DNA of 64,000 nucleotides from Candidatus Latescibacterota bacterium (GTDB lineage: Bacteria > Latescibacterota > UBA2968 > UBA8231). Location: assembly GCA_963422735.1 (NCBI GenBank), contig OY730476.1, positions 736,001 to 800,000 on the forward strand. The letters run 5' to 3'. Below are positions 25,802-34,836 of the stretch, piece after piece. Both the position numbers and the translations under genes were made by a program. How positions within the stretch are numbered: the first letter of the stretch is position 1; every line of letters begins with the position of its first letter. The notes beneath the pieces are model-generated. The model ran no database searches. It was not told where the DNA came from and was given only the letters and a program-made list of their open reading frames with translations.

Positions 25802-28561
25802 CTAGGCTTCGACGAGCTTGAGGCTAGCGTTTAACTTTTCCTGGGTGGCGCGATATTCGGCCTGGCGCTGGCGCTCCTGTGCGACGATTTCGGGCGGAGC
25901 TTTGGTGAGGAAGCACTCATTGGCGAGTTTGGCGTCTAGGCCCTTGAGCAAGCCGGCCAGCTTTTGGATTTCTCGTTTGAGCCGCTGCCGCTCTGCGGCT
26001 AGATCGATCAATCCCTCTAAGGGCACGAAAATCTCGGCCGCGGCCGTCATCGCGCTCCCCGAAGCCGGCGGCCGAACGAGCCCCTCGCCGACTTGCACGG
26101 ATGCGGCCCGGCTCAACAGAGCGATGTCGGGGACAGCTTGGCGCAGGGTCTGTTCCACCTCGTCTGAGGTGGCCGAAATCAAGACCTCGACTTTGCGCCC
26201 CGGCGGGACGTTCATCTCGCCGCGAATGATCCGCACTCCAGTCACCACCTCTTGCAGACACTGCATTTGCGCTTCAGCCTGCTGGTCTATCAGTGCGGCA
26301 TCGCATTCCGGCCAAGCCGCGACCATGATGCTATTAGCCGACGAGCCGTGGGGCAGGGCCTGCCACAAGGTCTCGGTGATAAAGGGCATAATAGGGTGCA
26401 ACAGCCGCAGGGCGGTTTCGAGTACCCGCACGAGATGCTCTTGGGCCGTGCGTCGTGCCTGGGGATCGCCTCCCTGCAAGCGCACCTTGGCCAATTCGAG
26501 GTACCAATCGCAATAGTCGCGCCAGACGAAGTCGTAGATCGCCCGCGTCAGGTCGCTGAAGCGATAGGATTGCAGGGCCTCGGTCATCTCGCGCACGGCC
26601 ACCTGCAACCGACTCCAGATCCAACGGTCAGCCAATTCGCTCCGCTCGCAAGGGCTTGGCTCGTAGCCATCGATGTTCATCAGCACGAAGCGGGTCGCAT
26701 TCCACAGCTTGTTGCCAAAGTTGCGGCCGGCCTCCGCGCTGGCCGAGGTCTGCACTTGGTTGTTGGCGACCACGGCATCAAAGCGCACGTCTTGCACGGC
26801 CCCGGCTTGTGCCAACAGACAGTAGCGGGTCGCATCCGCGCCGTAGCGCACGACCAAGTCGAGCGGGTTGAGGCCCGTGCCCAAGCTCTTACTCATGCGG
26901 CGGCCGTCTTGGGTCAGAATGGTCGGGTGAACCAGCACCGTCTTAAAGGGAATTTGCTCTATGCACTCTAGCGAGGTCATGGCCATCCGCAACACCCACA
27001 AATAGAGAATGTCGCGGGCTGTGATGAGCAAATCCGTGGGGTAAAAGTAATCCAGCGCATCGCGGCGCTGCGGCCAGCCGAGGGTGGCAAAGGGCCACAG
27101 AGCGGAAGAAAACCACGTGTCGAGCACATCTGGGTCCTGCACCCAATCTTGGCCACCACATTCGGCGCAGGCGGCTGGCTTAGCCGCGCTAACTACGGGC
27201 TGGGCACCGGCCGCGACTGAGACCCTAAAGTTGCCTTCTCGCAGGGCCTGTTCCCGGTCCAAATCGCTCATCGGGATCAGGCCATCGGCACTGCAATGGG
27301 TGCAATACCAAGCGGGAATGCGATGCCCCCACCAGATCTGCCGCGACAAGGGCCAATCGCGTATTTGGCCCAACCACTCGATGGCATAGTGGCGGAAGCG
27401 GTCGGGCGCGTATTGGATGTCCTGCTGCACGAGCACGGGTCTCGCCTTGGCCGCTAGCTCCTTCATGTTCATAAACCACTGCTCCATCGGCAGGGGTTCG
27501 ACGACCGTGCCGCACTTGTCGTGGTGAGGTACGGCGCGATGGTGATCCTCTATTTTTGCCATCAACCCCTCGGCTTCCAACGCCGCCACCACGGCCTCGC
27601 GGGCCGCGTAGCGATCCAACCCCGCAAAACGACCAGCCGCCTCGGTCATAACTCCGTCAAAGCCGATGACTTGGATTTGCGCTAGGCCGTGGCGCAGCCC
27701 GAGCTCGTAGTCGTTGGGATCGTGGGCTGGCGTGACCTTGACTGCGCCACTGCCCAACTCGGGGTCGGCGTATTCATCGGCGACAATGGGAATGGCTCTA
27801 TCTGTCAGCGGCAACTCGACTTGCAGGCCAATGGCCGCGCGCCAGCGGTCGTCGTTGGGGTGGACGGCTACGGCCGTGTCCCCAAGCATAGTCTCCGGCC
27901 GAGTGGTGGCGACCACGACTCGCAGCGCGCCCTCTTGGGCCGGGTAGAGAATGTGCCACAAGTGGCCGGAGACCTCGCGCTCTTCGGTCTCTAGATCGGA
28001 AATGACAGTGCGACACTGTGGGCACCAGTTGATCATGCGGGTGCTGCGGTAAATCCACCCTTTCTCCGCAAAGCGCGCGAAGGCCTGCAAGACGGCTTCG
28101 ACGTACTCCTCGTCGAGGGTGAACCGCTCCCATCGCCAATCGTAGCTGGCCCCGAGTTGGCGCAATTGGTGGTAGATGGCGTCCCCGTATTTTTCCTTCC
28201 ACTGCCAAATCCGATCGAGCATAGCGGCGCGCCCCAAGTCGTAGCGATTCTTGCCCTCGACCTGCAAAAGCTCCTGCTCGACCTTCATATGGGTGGCAAT
28301 GCCCGCGTGATCGGTGCCCGGCAGACAGAGCGTCTCAAAGCCCTGCATCCGCTTCCATCGCACCACTAAGTCGTGGATGGCGTGTTGAATCGCGTGGCCC
28401 ATGTGCAGCTCGCCCGTCACGTTGGGCGGGGGAATTACTATGCAGTAAGGAGGCTTGTCCGGGTTAATCCCCGCGTTAAAAAGGCCGTTTTCCTCCCAGA
28501 AATCGCACCACTTTTTTTCTATCGCCACCGGATCGTACGTCTTGGCCAATTCTTCCGTCAT
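25802..28561 (-). CDS. valS: Valine--tRNA ligase
   Basis: PPPNVTGELHMGH, GTDHAGIAT, SRQIWWGHRIP, DVLDTWFSS, RMSKS, C-terminal coiled coil. Confidence 0.97.
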   Translation of the reverse strand: MTEELAKTYDPVAIEKKWCDFWEENGLFNAGINPDKPPYCIVIPPPNVTGELHMGHAIQHAIHDLVVRWKRMQGFETLCLPGTDHAGIATHMKVEQELLQVEGKNRYDLGRAAMLDRIWQWKEKYGDAIYHQLRQLGASYDWRWERFTLDEEYVEAVLQAFARFAEKGWIYRSTRMINWCPQCRTVISDLETEEREVSGHLWHILYPAQEGALRVVVATTRPETMLGDTAVAVHPNDDRWRAAIGLQVELPLTDRAIPIVADEYADPELGSGAVKVTPAHDPNDYELGLRHGLAQIQVIGFDGVMTEAAGRFAGLDRYAAREAVVAALEAEGLMAKIEDHHRAVPHHDKCGTVVEPLPMEQWFMNMKELAAKARPVLVQQDIQYAPDRFRHYAIEWLGQIRDWPLSRQIWWGHRIPAWYCTHCSADGLIPMSDLDREQALREGNFRVSVAAGAQPVVSAAKPAACAECGGQDWVQDPDVLDTWFSSALWPFATLGWPQRRDALDYFYPTDLLITARDILYLWVLRMAMTSLECIEQIPFKTVLVHPTILTQDGRRMSKSLGTGLNPLDLVVRYGADATRYCLLAQAGAVQDVRFDAVVANNQVQTSASAEAGRNFGNKLWNATRFVLMNIDGYEPSPCERSELADRWIWSRLQVAVREMTEALQSYRFSDLTRAIYDFVWRDYCDWYLELAKVRLQGGDPQARRTAQEHLVRVLETALRLLHPIMPFITETLWQALPHGSSANSIMVAAWPECDAALIDQQAEAQMQCLQEVVTGVRIIRGEMNVPPGRKVEVLISATSDEVEQTLRQAVPDIALLSRAASVQVGEGLVRPPASGSAMTAAAEIFVPLEGLIDLAAERQRLKREIQKLAGLLKGLDAKLANECFLTKAPPEIVAQERQRQAEYRATQEKLNASLKLVEA

Positions 28562-28698
28562 GCCGCGTCCTTATCCTTATGTTTACTATGAAGGTTAAAA
28601 TAAAAATATAACCCTTTCCCCTGCTCTGACAATTTTGCTCGACGCGCTCGGCTGTCTATTTTGTGTCAGTTCATATCATCTGTGCTAGGCGATTCAAT

Positions 28699-29625
28699 AT
28701 GGGCAACTGGTCCAAATTACAAACCGAGCAGCGCAATCCAGCCACTGAGCGCATCGACGAGGTCTCGACGCTAGAGATGTTGGCGATCATCAATCGAGAA
28801 GACGCCCTCGTGTCGGCCGCAGTCGCCACGCAATTGGGTCCCATCGCCGAGGCGGTTGACTTGGTGGCCAGCCAGTTCGGGAATGGAGGCCGCCTGTTCT
28901 ACCTCGGCGCGGGAACCAGCGGTCGGCTCGGCGTGCTAGATGCCGCTGAATGCCCCCCCACCTTTGGCGCGAATCCCCAGTTGGTACAGGGCCTGATCGC
29001 CGGCGGGCCAGCAGCCTTGGACCAAGCCGTAGAAGGCGCAGAAGACGACCGCGAGACCGCGCCCAGAAAATTGGCTCAGCGCGGCTTGGGGCCGTCCGAC
29101 GTAGTTATGGGCATTGCCGCTAGCGGCGTCACCCCTTTCGTTATCAGCGGAATGGAGTACGCCGCACAGCAGGGTTGTCCGACGATCTTTTTTACGTGTA
29201 GCCCCACGGCCGCCGAATCCGTTGCAGCCTCAATTAGGATCGTCCCCAAGGTCGGCCCGGAAGTCATCACCGGATCGACGCGGATGAAGGCTGGAACAGC
29301 GACCAAACTGGTGCTCAACATGATCAGCACCGGCACTATGGTGAAACTGGGCAAGACCTACGGCAACCTCATGGTCGATCTCCAACCCACTAATGCCAAG
29401 CTGCGCGACCGCGCCGAGCGCATCTTGGCGACGCTGACCGGGGCCTCGCCGCAAGTGGCTGCTGCCCGGTTGAAGGCGGCTGAAGGCGGCTTGAAGCTAG
29501 CGCTGGTCATGGAGTTGTGCCAGCTAGATCGCGCCCGAGCACAGCACCTCCTCGACGCCTGTGGTGGGAGCGTCAAGGCAGCCACCCTCGCCACCGGAGC
29601 AGCCCCTTGCAATACGCAAATCTAG
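28699..29625 (+). CDS. murQ: N-acetylmuramic acid 6-phosphate etherase
   Basis: TEQRNP, GAGTSGRLGVLDAAECPPTFG, GPEVITGSTRMKAGTATK, NLMVD. Confidence 0.95.
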   Translation: MGNWSKLQTEQRNPATERIDEVSTLEMLAIINREDALVSAAVATQLGPIAEAVDLVASQFGNGGRLFYLGAGTSGRLGVLDAAECPPTFGANPQLVQGLIAGGPAALDQAVEGAEDDRETAPRKLAQRGLGPSDVVMGIAASGVTPFVISGMEYAAQQGCPTIFFTCSPTAAESVAASIRIVPKVGPEVITGSTRMKAGTATKLVLNMISTGTMVKLGKTYGNLMVDLQPTNAKLRDRAERILATLTGASPQVAAARLKAAEGGLKLALVMELCQLDRARAQHLLDACGGSVKAATLATGAAPCNTQI

Positions 29626-30551
29626 GCCGCACGAACCTGCGCCTGTCGGCCCTCGGCCTTGGCACTGTGCAATTGGGCATGGCGTATGGCTGGGATCACC
29701 AGCCGCCACCGCCAGATCACTGCGCGATTGGCCTGATCCGCCGCGCTTTGGATCTGGGCATCAACTACATCGACACGGCCTCGGCGTATGGCCGCAGCGA
29801 AAGCCTCGTAGGCCGCGCGTGTGCCGGGCTGAGCTGTCGGCCCGTGGTTGCCACCAAGCTCTCCATCCGGGATTCCGACAGCGCACAGCTATTGACCGGG
29901 CAGGCACTGCGCCAGTCCGTCGAGCAGGCGCTGTGCCAGAGCTTGCAGACACTCGGCGTCGAGGTCCTCGAACTCGTGCAGTTGCACAGCCTCGACACGC
30001 GCTTTGCTACCCCGGAACTGCTGGACCTGCTAGCGCAGTACTGCCAACGCGGCTGGGTCCGCTATTGGGGCATTACCACGTACGGCGAAGAGGCACCGCT
30101 CGACGCCTTAGATCATCCCGAGCTAATTTATGCACTGCAAATACCTTATAATGCGCTCGACCGTCGAATGGAACGCAAGGTGCTCCCCCGTGCCCAAGAG
30201 CAGGGTACAGGCGTCGTCCTGCGCTCCATCTTCCTCCAAGGCGTCCTGTCCCATCGGCTCGACTCGCTTCCGGCCGCGCTCGCTGATCTGGCACCCTTGG
30301 CTGCGCCCCTGCTGCGGCTAGCGCGGGACGCAGGTATGGAGCTGACCGAACTGGCTTTGCGCTTTGCCGCCTTTGCTCCCGGCGCTCACTCAGCTATTTT
30401 TGGCACCACAAGCGTCTCCGAACTCGAAGCCAATATCCGCGCAGTCGAGGCCGGTCCCTTACCGCCCGATCTAGTAGCAGCCATGCACGCAATCGCGGTC
30501 GCGAATTCAACTCTGCTCAACCCTGGCAACTGGAGGCTACCTACGCCGTGA
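29607..30551 (+). CDS. Aldo/keto reductase
   Basis: LGRTNLRLSALGLGT, GINYIDTASAYGRSE, QIPYNALDRR; TTG 29607 with GGAG SD. Confidence 0.9.
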   Translation: MQYANLGRTNLRLSALGLGTVQLGMAYGWDHQPPPPDHCAIGLIRRALDLGINYIDTASAYGRSESLVGRACAGLSCRPVVATKLSIRDSDSAQLLTGQALRQSVEQALCQSLQTLGVEVLELVQLHSLDTRFATPELLDLLAQYCQRGWVRYWGITTYGEEAPLDALDHPELIYALQIPYNALDRRMERKVLPRAQEQGTGVVLRSIFLQGVLSHRLDSLPAALADLAPLAAPLLRLARDAGMELTELALRFAAFAPGAHSAIFGTTSVSELEANIRAVEAGPLPPDLVAAMHAIAVANSTLLNPGNWRLPTP

Positions 30552-31645
30552 ATGCACCCACGTCCGGCCAAGCAGTTGGCGATTTAGAGACCCCGGTGCT
30601 GCTGCTCGATCTCGAGCACTTTGAATCCAATGTGCGGCACTTGGCCGCGTATTGCCGCGACAACGGTAAGGCATGGCGGCCGCACAGCAAGGCGCATAAA
30701 TCCCCCGCCATAGCCCACATCGAACTGGCCAACGGAGCCTGCGGTATCACCTGCGCCAAATTGAGCGAAGCCGAGTGGATGGTCGCGCATGGCGTACCTT
30801 CCATCCTGTTGGCCAATCAGATCGTCAGTCCGGCGAAATTTGCCGCCCTAGCCCGCTTACAACACCGATCTGAAGTCATTGCCGCAGTGGATAATATCGC
30901 CGTCATTGAACCTATGGCCGCAGCGGCCACTGCCGAGGGCGTCTGCATCCCCGTGGTCGTGGAGATCGACATTGGCATGAAGCGGGTCGGCGTGGAGCCT
31001 GGTCCTCCTGTTCTCGCTTTGTCCGCGGCCATTAGCGACCAACCTAAGCTGGCGTTCAAGGGCCTGATGGGGTACGAGGGCCACGTGCTCGACTGCTGGC
31101 CGCACTCGGCCAAGCAAAAGGCCTGTTACCAAGCACTGGACCTATTAGTAGAATCGCGCAACTTACTCGAAGACAATGGAATATCAGTGGAGATTGTCAG
31201 CGCCGGCGGTACGGGTTCATACGAGCTCAGCGCCCTCCACGACGGGATCACTGAGCTTCAAGCCGGCGGCGGCGTGTTCATGGACGCCATGTATCGCCAC
31301 ACCTGTCACGTCGAAGCCCTCGCCCCTGCCCTAACGGTGCTCACCACGGTCACCAGCCGCGCTGCCGACCGAGTCGTCGTCGATGCCGGCTTTAAGACAT
31401 TGTCTTCCGGCCATCAGCCGCCGGAGGTGCTGGGCCGAGACGATTTGCACTTGCGTTACCTGTCTGCTGAACACGGCGTCTTCGACATTGCAGAAGGCCA
31501 AGCTGGACCGGCTTTGGGCGAGCGGATCGAATTGCTCGTCGGCTATTCGGATTCGACGACCTTCCTCCACAATTACTTCGTCGCCATCCGCAAGGGGCGC
31601 GTGGAAAAAATATGGGATATCTCAGCTCGGGGCCTCTTGCGCTAA
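30548..31645 (+). CDS. DSD1-family PLP enzyme (D-threonine aldolase / D-serine dehydratase-like)
   Basis: LETPVLLLD, WRPHSKAHK (PLP Lys), MGYEGH, SAGGTG, LSAEHG. Confidence 0.88.
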   Translation: MNAPTSGQAVGDLETPVLLLDLEHFESNVRHLAAYCRDNGKAWRPHSKAHKSPAIAHIELANGACGITCAKLSEAEWMVAHGVPSILLANQIVSPAKFAALARLQHRSEVIAAVDNIAVIEPMAAAATAEGVCIPVVVEIDIGMKRVGVEPGPPVLALSAAISDQPKLAFKGLMGYEGHVLDCWPHSAKQKACYQALDLLVESRNLLEDNGISVEIVSAGGTGSYELSALHDGITELQAGGGVFMDAMYRHTCHVEALAPALTVLTTVTSRAADRVVVDAGFKTLSSGHQPPEVLGRDDLHLRYLSAEHGVFDIAEGQAGPALGERIELLVGYSDSTTFLHNYFVAIRKGRVEKIWDISARGLLR

Positions 31646-31673
31646 CGCCGACTAACAGCAATGGAGCAAGCAA

Positions 31674-31958
31674 ATGACTAAAGCTGAGATCGCCCAGCAG
31701 CTAGCCCAGAGCACTGGGCTCTCCCAAGTGGACACTGCGGCTGTTATCGAGGGTTTCATCGAAGCCATAGCCCAAGCCCTCGAAGCGGGTGACCACGTCG
31801 AAATCCGCGGCTTTGGTACCTTCAAGGTCGTGGAGCGCGCACCGCGCACCGGACGCAACCCCAAAGCCGGTGCGGCTATCGCCATCCCCAGGCGCAAAAT
31901 CCCGACCTTCAAACCCTCCAACGCCGTAAAAAGCAGAATCGTCCAGCGCCAACCATGA
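31674..31958 (+). CDS. HU/IHF-family DNA-binding protein
   Basis: MTKAEI...IRGFGTF...RTGRNPK...PTFKP. Confidence 0.95.
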   Translation: MTKAEIAQQLAQSTGLSQVDTAAVIEGFIEAIAQALEAGDHVEIRGFGTFKVVERAPRTGRNPKAGAAIAIPRRKIPTFKPSNAVKSRIVQRQP

Positions 31959-33064
31959 ACCTGCTATTGATTTCGGTCGATAGCCTGCGCTTGGACTTTG
32001 CCCCTCGGGTTAGTGCGGCCGTGCGCACGCCCCGGTTTTCCGACTTGACGCACGATTTTCACGTCTGCCAGCACTGCTTTTCGGTTTCTTCGGCGACTCG
32101 TCCGGTCCACACCTCGCTTTTTACTGGGCTATACCCATTTGAACACGGCATCGAAGGCCAGCAGTCGCCCGCTATGCGGCAGGGCTTTGCCAACCTCTTC
32201 GACCTCTGCCATCGAGCCGGCTATGCGGTCGGTGCGTTCTCAGAGGCCCCGGACATTTTTACCGGCCTGAGCTACGCCGACCACATAGCCCCCTTGCCAG
32301 CCGACGAGCAGCTTGCCGGCTGGCTACAACGCCGCGAGCCGACTGTTCTCTTTATTCACTACTGGAGCGTTCATCCTCCTTACGGCGCCGCAGATGGGCT
32401 GGCCTTCGGGGAGGTGGGCCAGCTACTAGCGGCCGGGCGCATCGACTTGGTACAGGCGCGTTATCGAGCTGCCATTGAACAGCTCTTCGAGCGGCATATT
32501 GCCCGGCTGTTGGCCGCCTTGGACCTGAGCGCGTGGGCCGTTTTCATCATCAGCGACCACGGTCAGAGCTGGCGGGACGACGAACCCTATCACGGCCAGA
32601 CCTTGTGCAACGACGTGCTGCGGGTGCCTTTGTACTACCGACTTCCCTCGGAGGAATCTGCCGGGCGCGGCTTGATTTCCCTCGTAGATCTTTTCCCTAC
32701 TTTCTTGTCTCTATTGGAGTTAGATCACTCCTACCGCGGCTTTGCCCGCGACATTCGCTCCCCGCTCACGCCCCAGTACTATCTCGCCGAAATCGACCCC
32801 GGCCCGACAGTCCCCCACTATGGCCGCCAGTGGTCGCTCTTTGACGCGGACGCCAAGTTCACTTACGACGAAGAGACTCAGCGTGAGACCTTAGTTTCCA
32901 CCTTCAGCGAAACGCCGCGCTCGGCCTTGGGCCGCTCACACCAGTACCACGCGGCATACGCTGCGCTCAAGGCAGCGTCAAGCTACGGGCATTCGGATTG
33001 GGGTCCGCTCACGGATCGCACAATGTTGGAGCAGCGGCTGCGGAAGCTAGGCTATTTGGATTGA
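31955..33064 (+). CDS. Sulfatase-like / alkaline phosphatase superfamily hydrolase
   Basis: ISVDSLRLD, TRPVHTSLFTG, SDHG, C-terminal LRKLGYL. Confidence 0.85.
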   Translation: MNLLLISVDSLRLDFAPRVSAAVRTPRFSDLTHDFHVCQHCFSVSSATRPVHTSLFTGLYPFEHGIEGQQSPAMRQGFANLFDLCHRAGYAVGAFSEAPDIFTGLSYADHIAPLPADEQLAGWLQRREPTVLFIHYWSVHPPYGAADGLAFGEVGQLLAAGRIDLVQARYRAAIEQLFERHIARLLAALDLSAWAVFIISDHGQSWRDDEPYHGQTLCNDVLRVPLYYRLPSEESAGRGLISLVDLFPTFLSLLELDHSYRGFARDIRSPLTPQYYLAEIDPGPTVPHYGRQWSLFDADAKFTYDEETQRETLVSTFSETPRSALGRSHQYHAAYAALKAASSYGHSDWGPLTDRTMLEQRLRKLGYLD

Positions 33065-33446
33065 TTTTCGTCCGGGCCGCCGGCAGGGCCCGTTATTATG
33101 ATCCACGTCAAACGCCGATAGCAATTCCTCGCTGCCGAGCATGTCGTCCAAGGATAGAGAACGGATCCTACGCGCCAGCAACGTCGGCGTACCCGTCTCG
33201 AACCAGTAGGCCCCGAACTGATGATCGAAGAACAGCAACAACACGTCGAAGGGGTTGTACACCCTCTCGTCGCCCAGCCAGTTGTAGCCGTTGTGCCACG
33301 TGCGTATTTCATTCCGGTCCAACCTAAGAAGTTCCGGCGCAAACACCGCGTCCAAGTCTGCCTCGGTATAGCCGCAAATGGCCGAATAGCGCGGGTCTAA
33401 GGTAATGTCAATGAGGCGGGCGGGAAGCTGGGCTATTTGGATTGAT
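33042..33446. repeat. 24-bp direct repeats (33042-33065 and 33423-33446) bracketing an insert
   Basis: GGAAGCT[A/G]GGCTATTTGGATTGAT, one mismatch, 381 bp apart. Confidence 0.85.
33098..33415 (-). pseudogene. Internal fragment of an AAA-ATPase-like / PD-(D/E)XK nuclease family gene
   Basis: DITLDPRYSAICGYTEADL...WHNGYNWLG..VYNPFDVL...YWFETGTP; no credible start, Walker A or nuclease domain. Confidence 0.75.
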
Positions 33447-33993
33447 CTGAGGCCGCGAACGCGGGTTTCATCGTCTGATAATCGGCCCCCAAACGGGCAA
33501 ATATGTCGGCCCACCGGCGCGGATAGGATGGATGGCTGTTATTGGGCGCGAAGCCCAGCTTGAGGTAACAGCGCAGGGCCGGGATGCGGAAGTCGTCGGT
33601 CAGCAGGTATATGGGCCGTGGACCTAAAGCCTTGGCTTGGGCCACGGCTGCTCCTACGATAAACTTGCCTAGGTCGCGCCCCTGAAAGGCCGGATGAACC
33701 GCAACCCAACCGATTTCCCAACAAGGCCGCAACTCGCGGATGCGGTCGTTGCAACCCGTACAGGCGACGATCTGCCCCTTGCACTCGACAAAGAGCTGGA
33801 CCCGGGTTCCTTCCAGTACGCTTTCTAGCCGCTGCCGGTCCCAACGGCCCAATTCGCCGTTGTCCTGCAATAGGGCCAGCCAGCCCTCCTCGTCGCCCGG
33901 CTGGTACGTCCGCAGCCGATAGCCGGCCATCTCCGGCAAGGCCGGGGCCGTCTCGCGCCCATACCAGAGGATGAGCTGGGGCAGGGGATTCAA
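33433..33993 (-). CDS. GNAT-family N-acetyltransferase
   Basis: IGWVAVHPAFQGRDLGK acetyl-CoA motif, ALRCYLKLGF. Confidence 0.88.
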   Translation of the reverse strand: MNPLPQLILWYGRETAPALPEMAGYRLRTYQPGDEEGWLALLQDNGELGRWDRQRLESVLEGTRVQLFVECKGQIVACTGCNDRIRELRPCWEIGWVAVHPAFQGRDLGKFIVGAAVAQAKALGPRPIYLLTDDFRIPALRCYLKLGFAPNNSHPSYPRRWADIFARLGADYQTMKPAFAASDQSK

Positions 33994-34400
33994 GTGCGGC
34001 CTTCCTGACGCCGGAAAAGAGACGACTTAAACTGCTCGGGACGATGGGGCTGGAGAACGACGATTTCGCACTGAGGGAAGGCTCCGGCCAAGCCCGCTGG
34101 CCTCCTTTGATCGTAGCCGAGGGCAATAATGTGGGGCGCGATCTCGCCGACGATGCGCAAAAAGTTACACCCCGCGTGGCCGAGGCGGACCTCGGTGACT
34201 TCGGGCAGCTTCGCCAGCGCGGCTTTGCGCTCCTCTTGGGATTGATCGGGATAGTGCCCCTTGATGCGCCGGACGTTCTCGTCGCGGGCGACCACGACGA
34301 ACAGTTCGTCGCCCAGCGCAGCCGCCTGCTCGATGAAGGAGCGGTGGCCCGGATGCAGGTAATCAAAAGTGCCGCAGCACAGTACGCGGGTTTTATTCAT
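33990..34400 (-). CDS. Cytidylyltransferase-family protein, probable RibL-type FAD synthase
   Basis: GTFDYLHPGH, VVVARD..V..IKG, IALGYDQ, KSS; pattern of archaeal-type RibL. Confidence 0.75.
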   Translation of the reverse strand: MNKTRVLCCGTFDYLHPGHRSFIEQAAALGDELFVVVARDENVRRIKGHYPDQSQEERKAALAKLPEVTEVRLGHAGCNFLRIVGEIAPHIIALGYDQRRPAGLAGAFPQCEIVVLQPHRPEQFKSSLFRRQEGRT

Positions 34401-34836
34401 CGGCGCGCCGGTCTATCCAATACTCGACACCGCGATCCTTGGCAAAAATGCGGCCGAAGCGGTCGGCGTCGGCATGATTGGCGAAATAGCCGATCCGCAC
34501 ACGCACGCCAGCATCGCTCTGCATGCTATAGACCGGATAGCCCTCGTCCTTCAATTCGCGCACCTTCTGATCGGCTCGTTTCGCGTCCCGATAGACACCA
34601 ACTTGAATGGTGAATTGGCCTTCGGGATCAAAAAATATCGGGCTAGTATCGCTGGTATCGACGGCATCCGCTAGGGTGGACACAGAATCAGCCGGGGTTA
34701 AGACGACTACTTCGCGACGGCCGGCAGGTTCGAGATCCTGTTCGTCTTTGCGGACACCACCCTCGTTGGCGCATCCCCCGGCCCAGACGAGGGTACAGGC
34801 GAGCATCCACAGCCTATTGGGATTCGCCGCGTTCAA
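34393..34836 (-). CDS. SPOR-domain lipoprotein
   Basis: Signal with lipobox-like AGGC; C-terminal FTIQVG...A...VRVRIG.F. Confidence 0.8.
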   Translation of the reverse strand: MNAANPNRLWMLACTLVWAGGCANEGGVRKDEQDLEPAGRREVVVLTPADSVSTLADAVDTSDTSPIFFDPEGQFTIQVGVYRDAKRADQKVRELKDEGYPVYSMQSDAGVRVRIGYFANHADADRFGRIFAKDRGVEYWIDRRADE

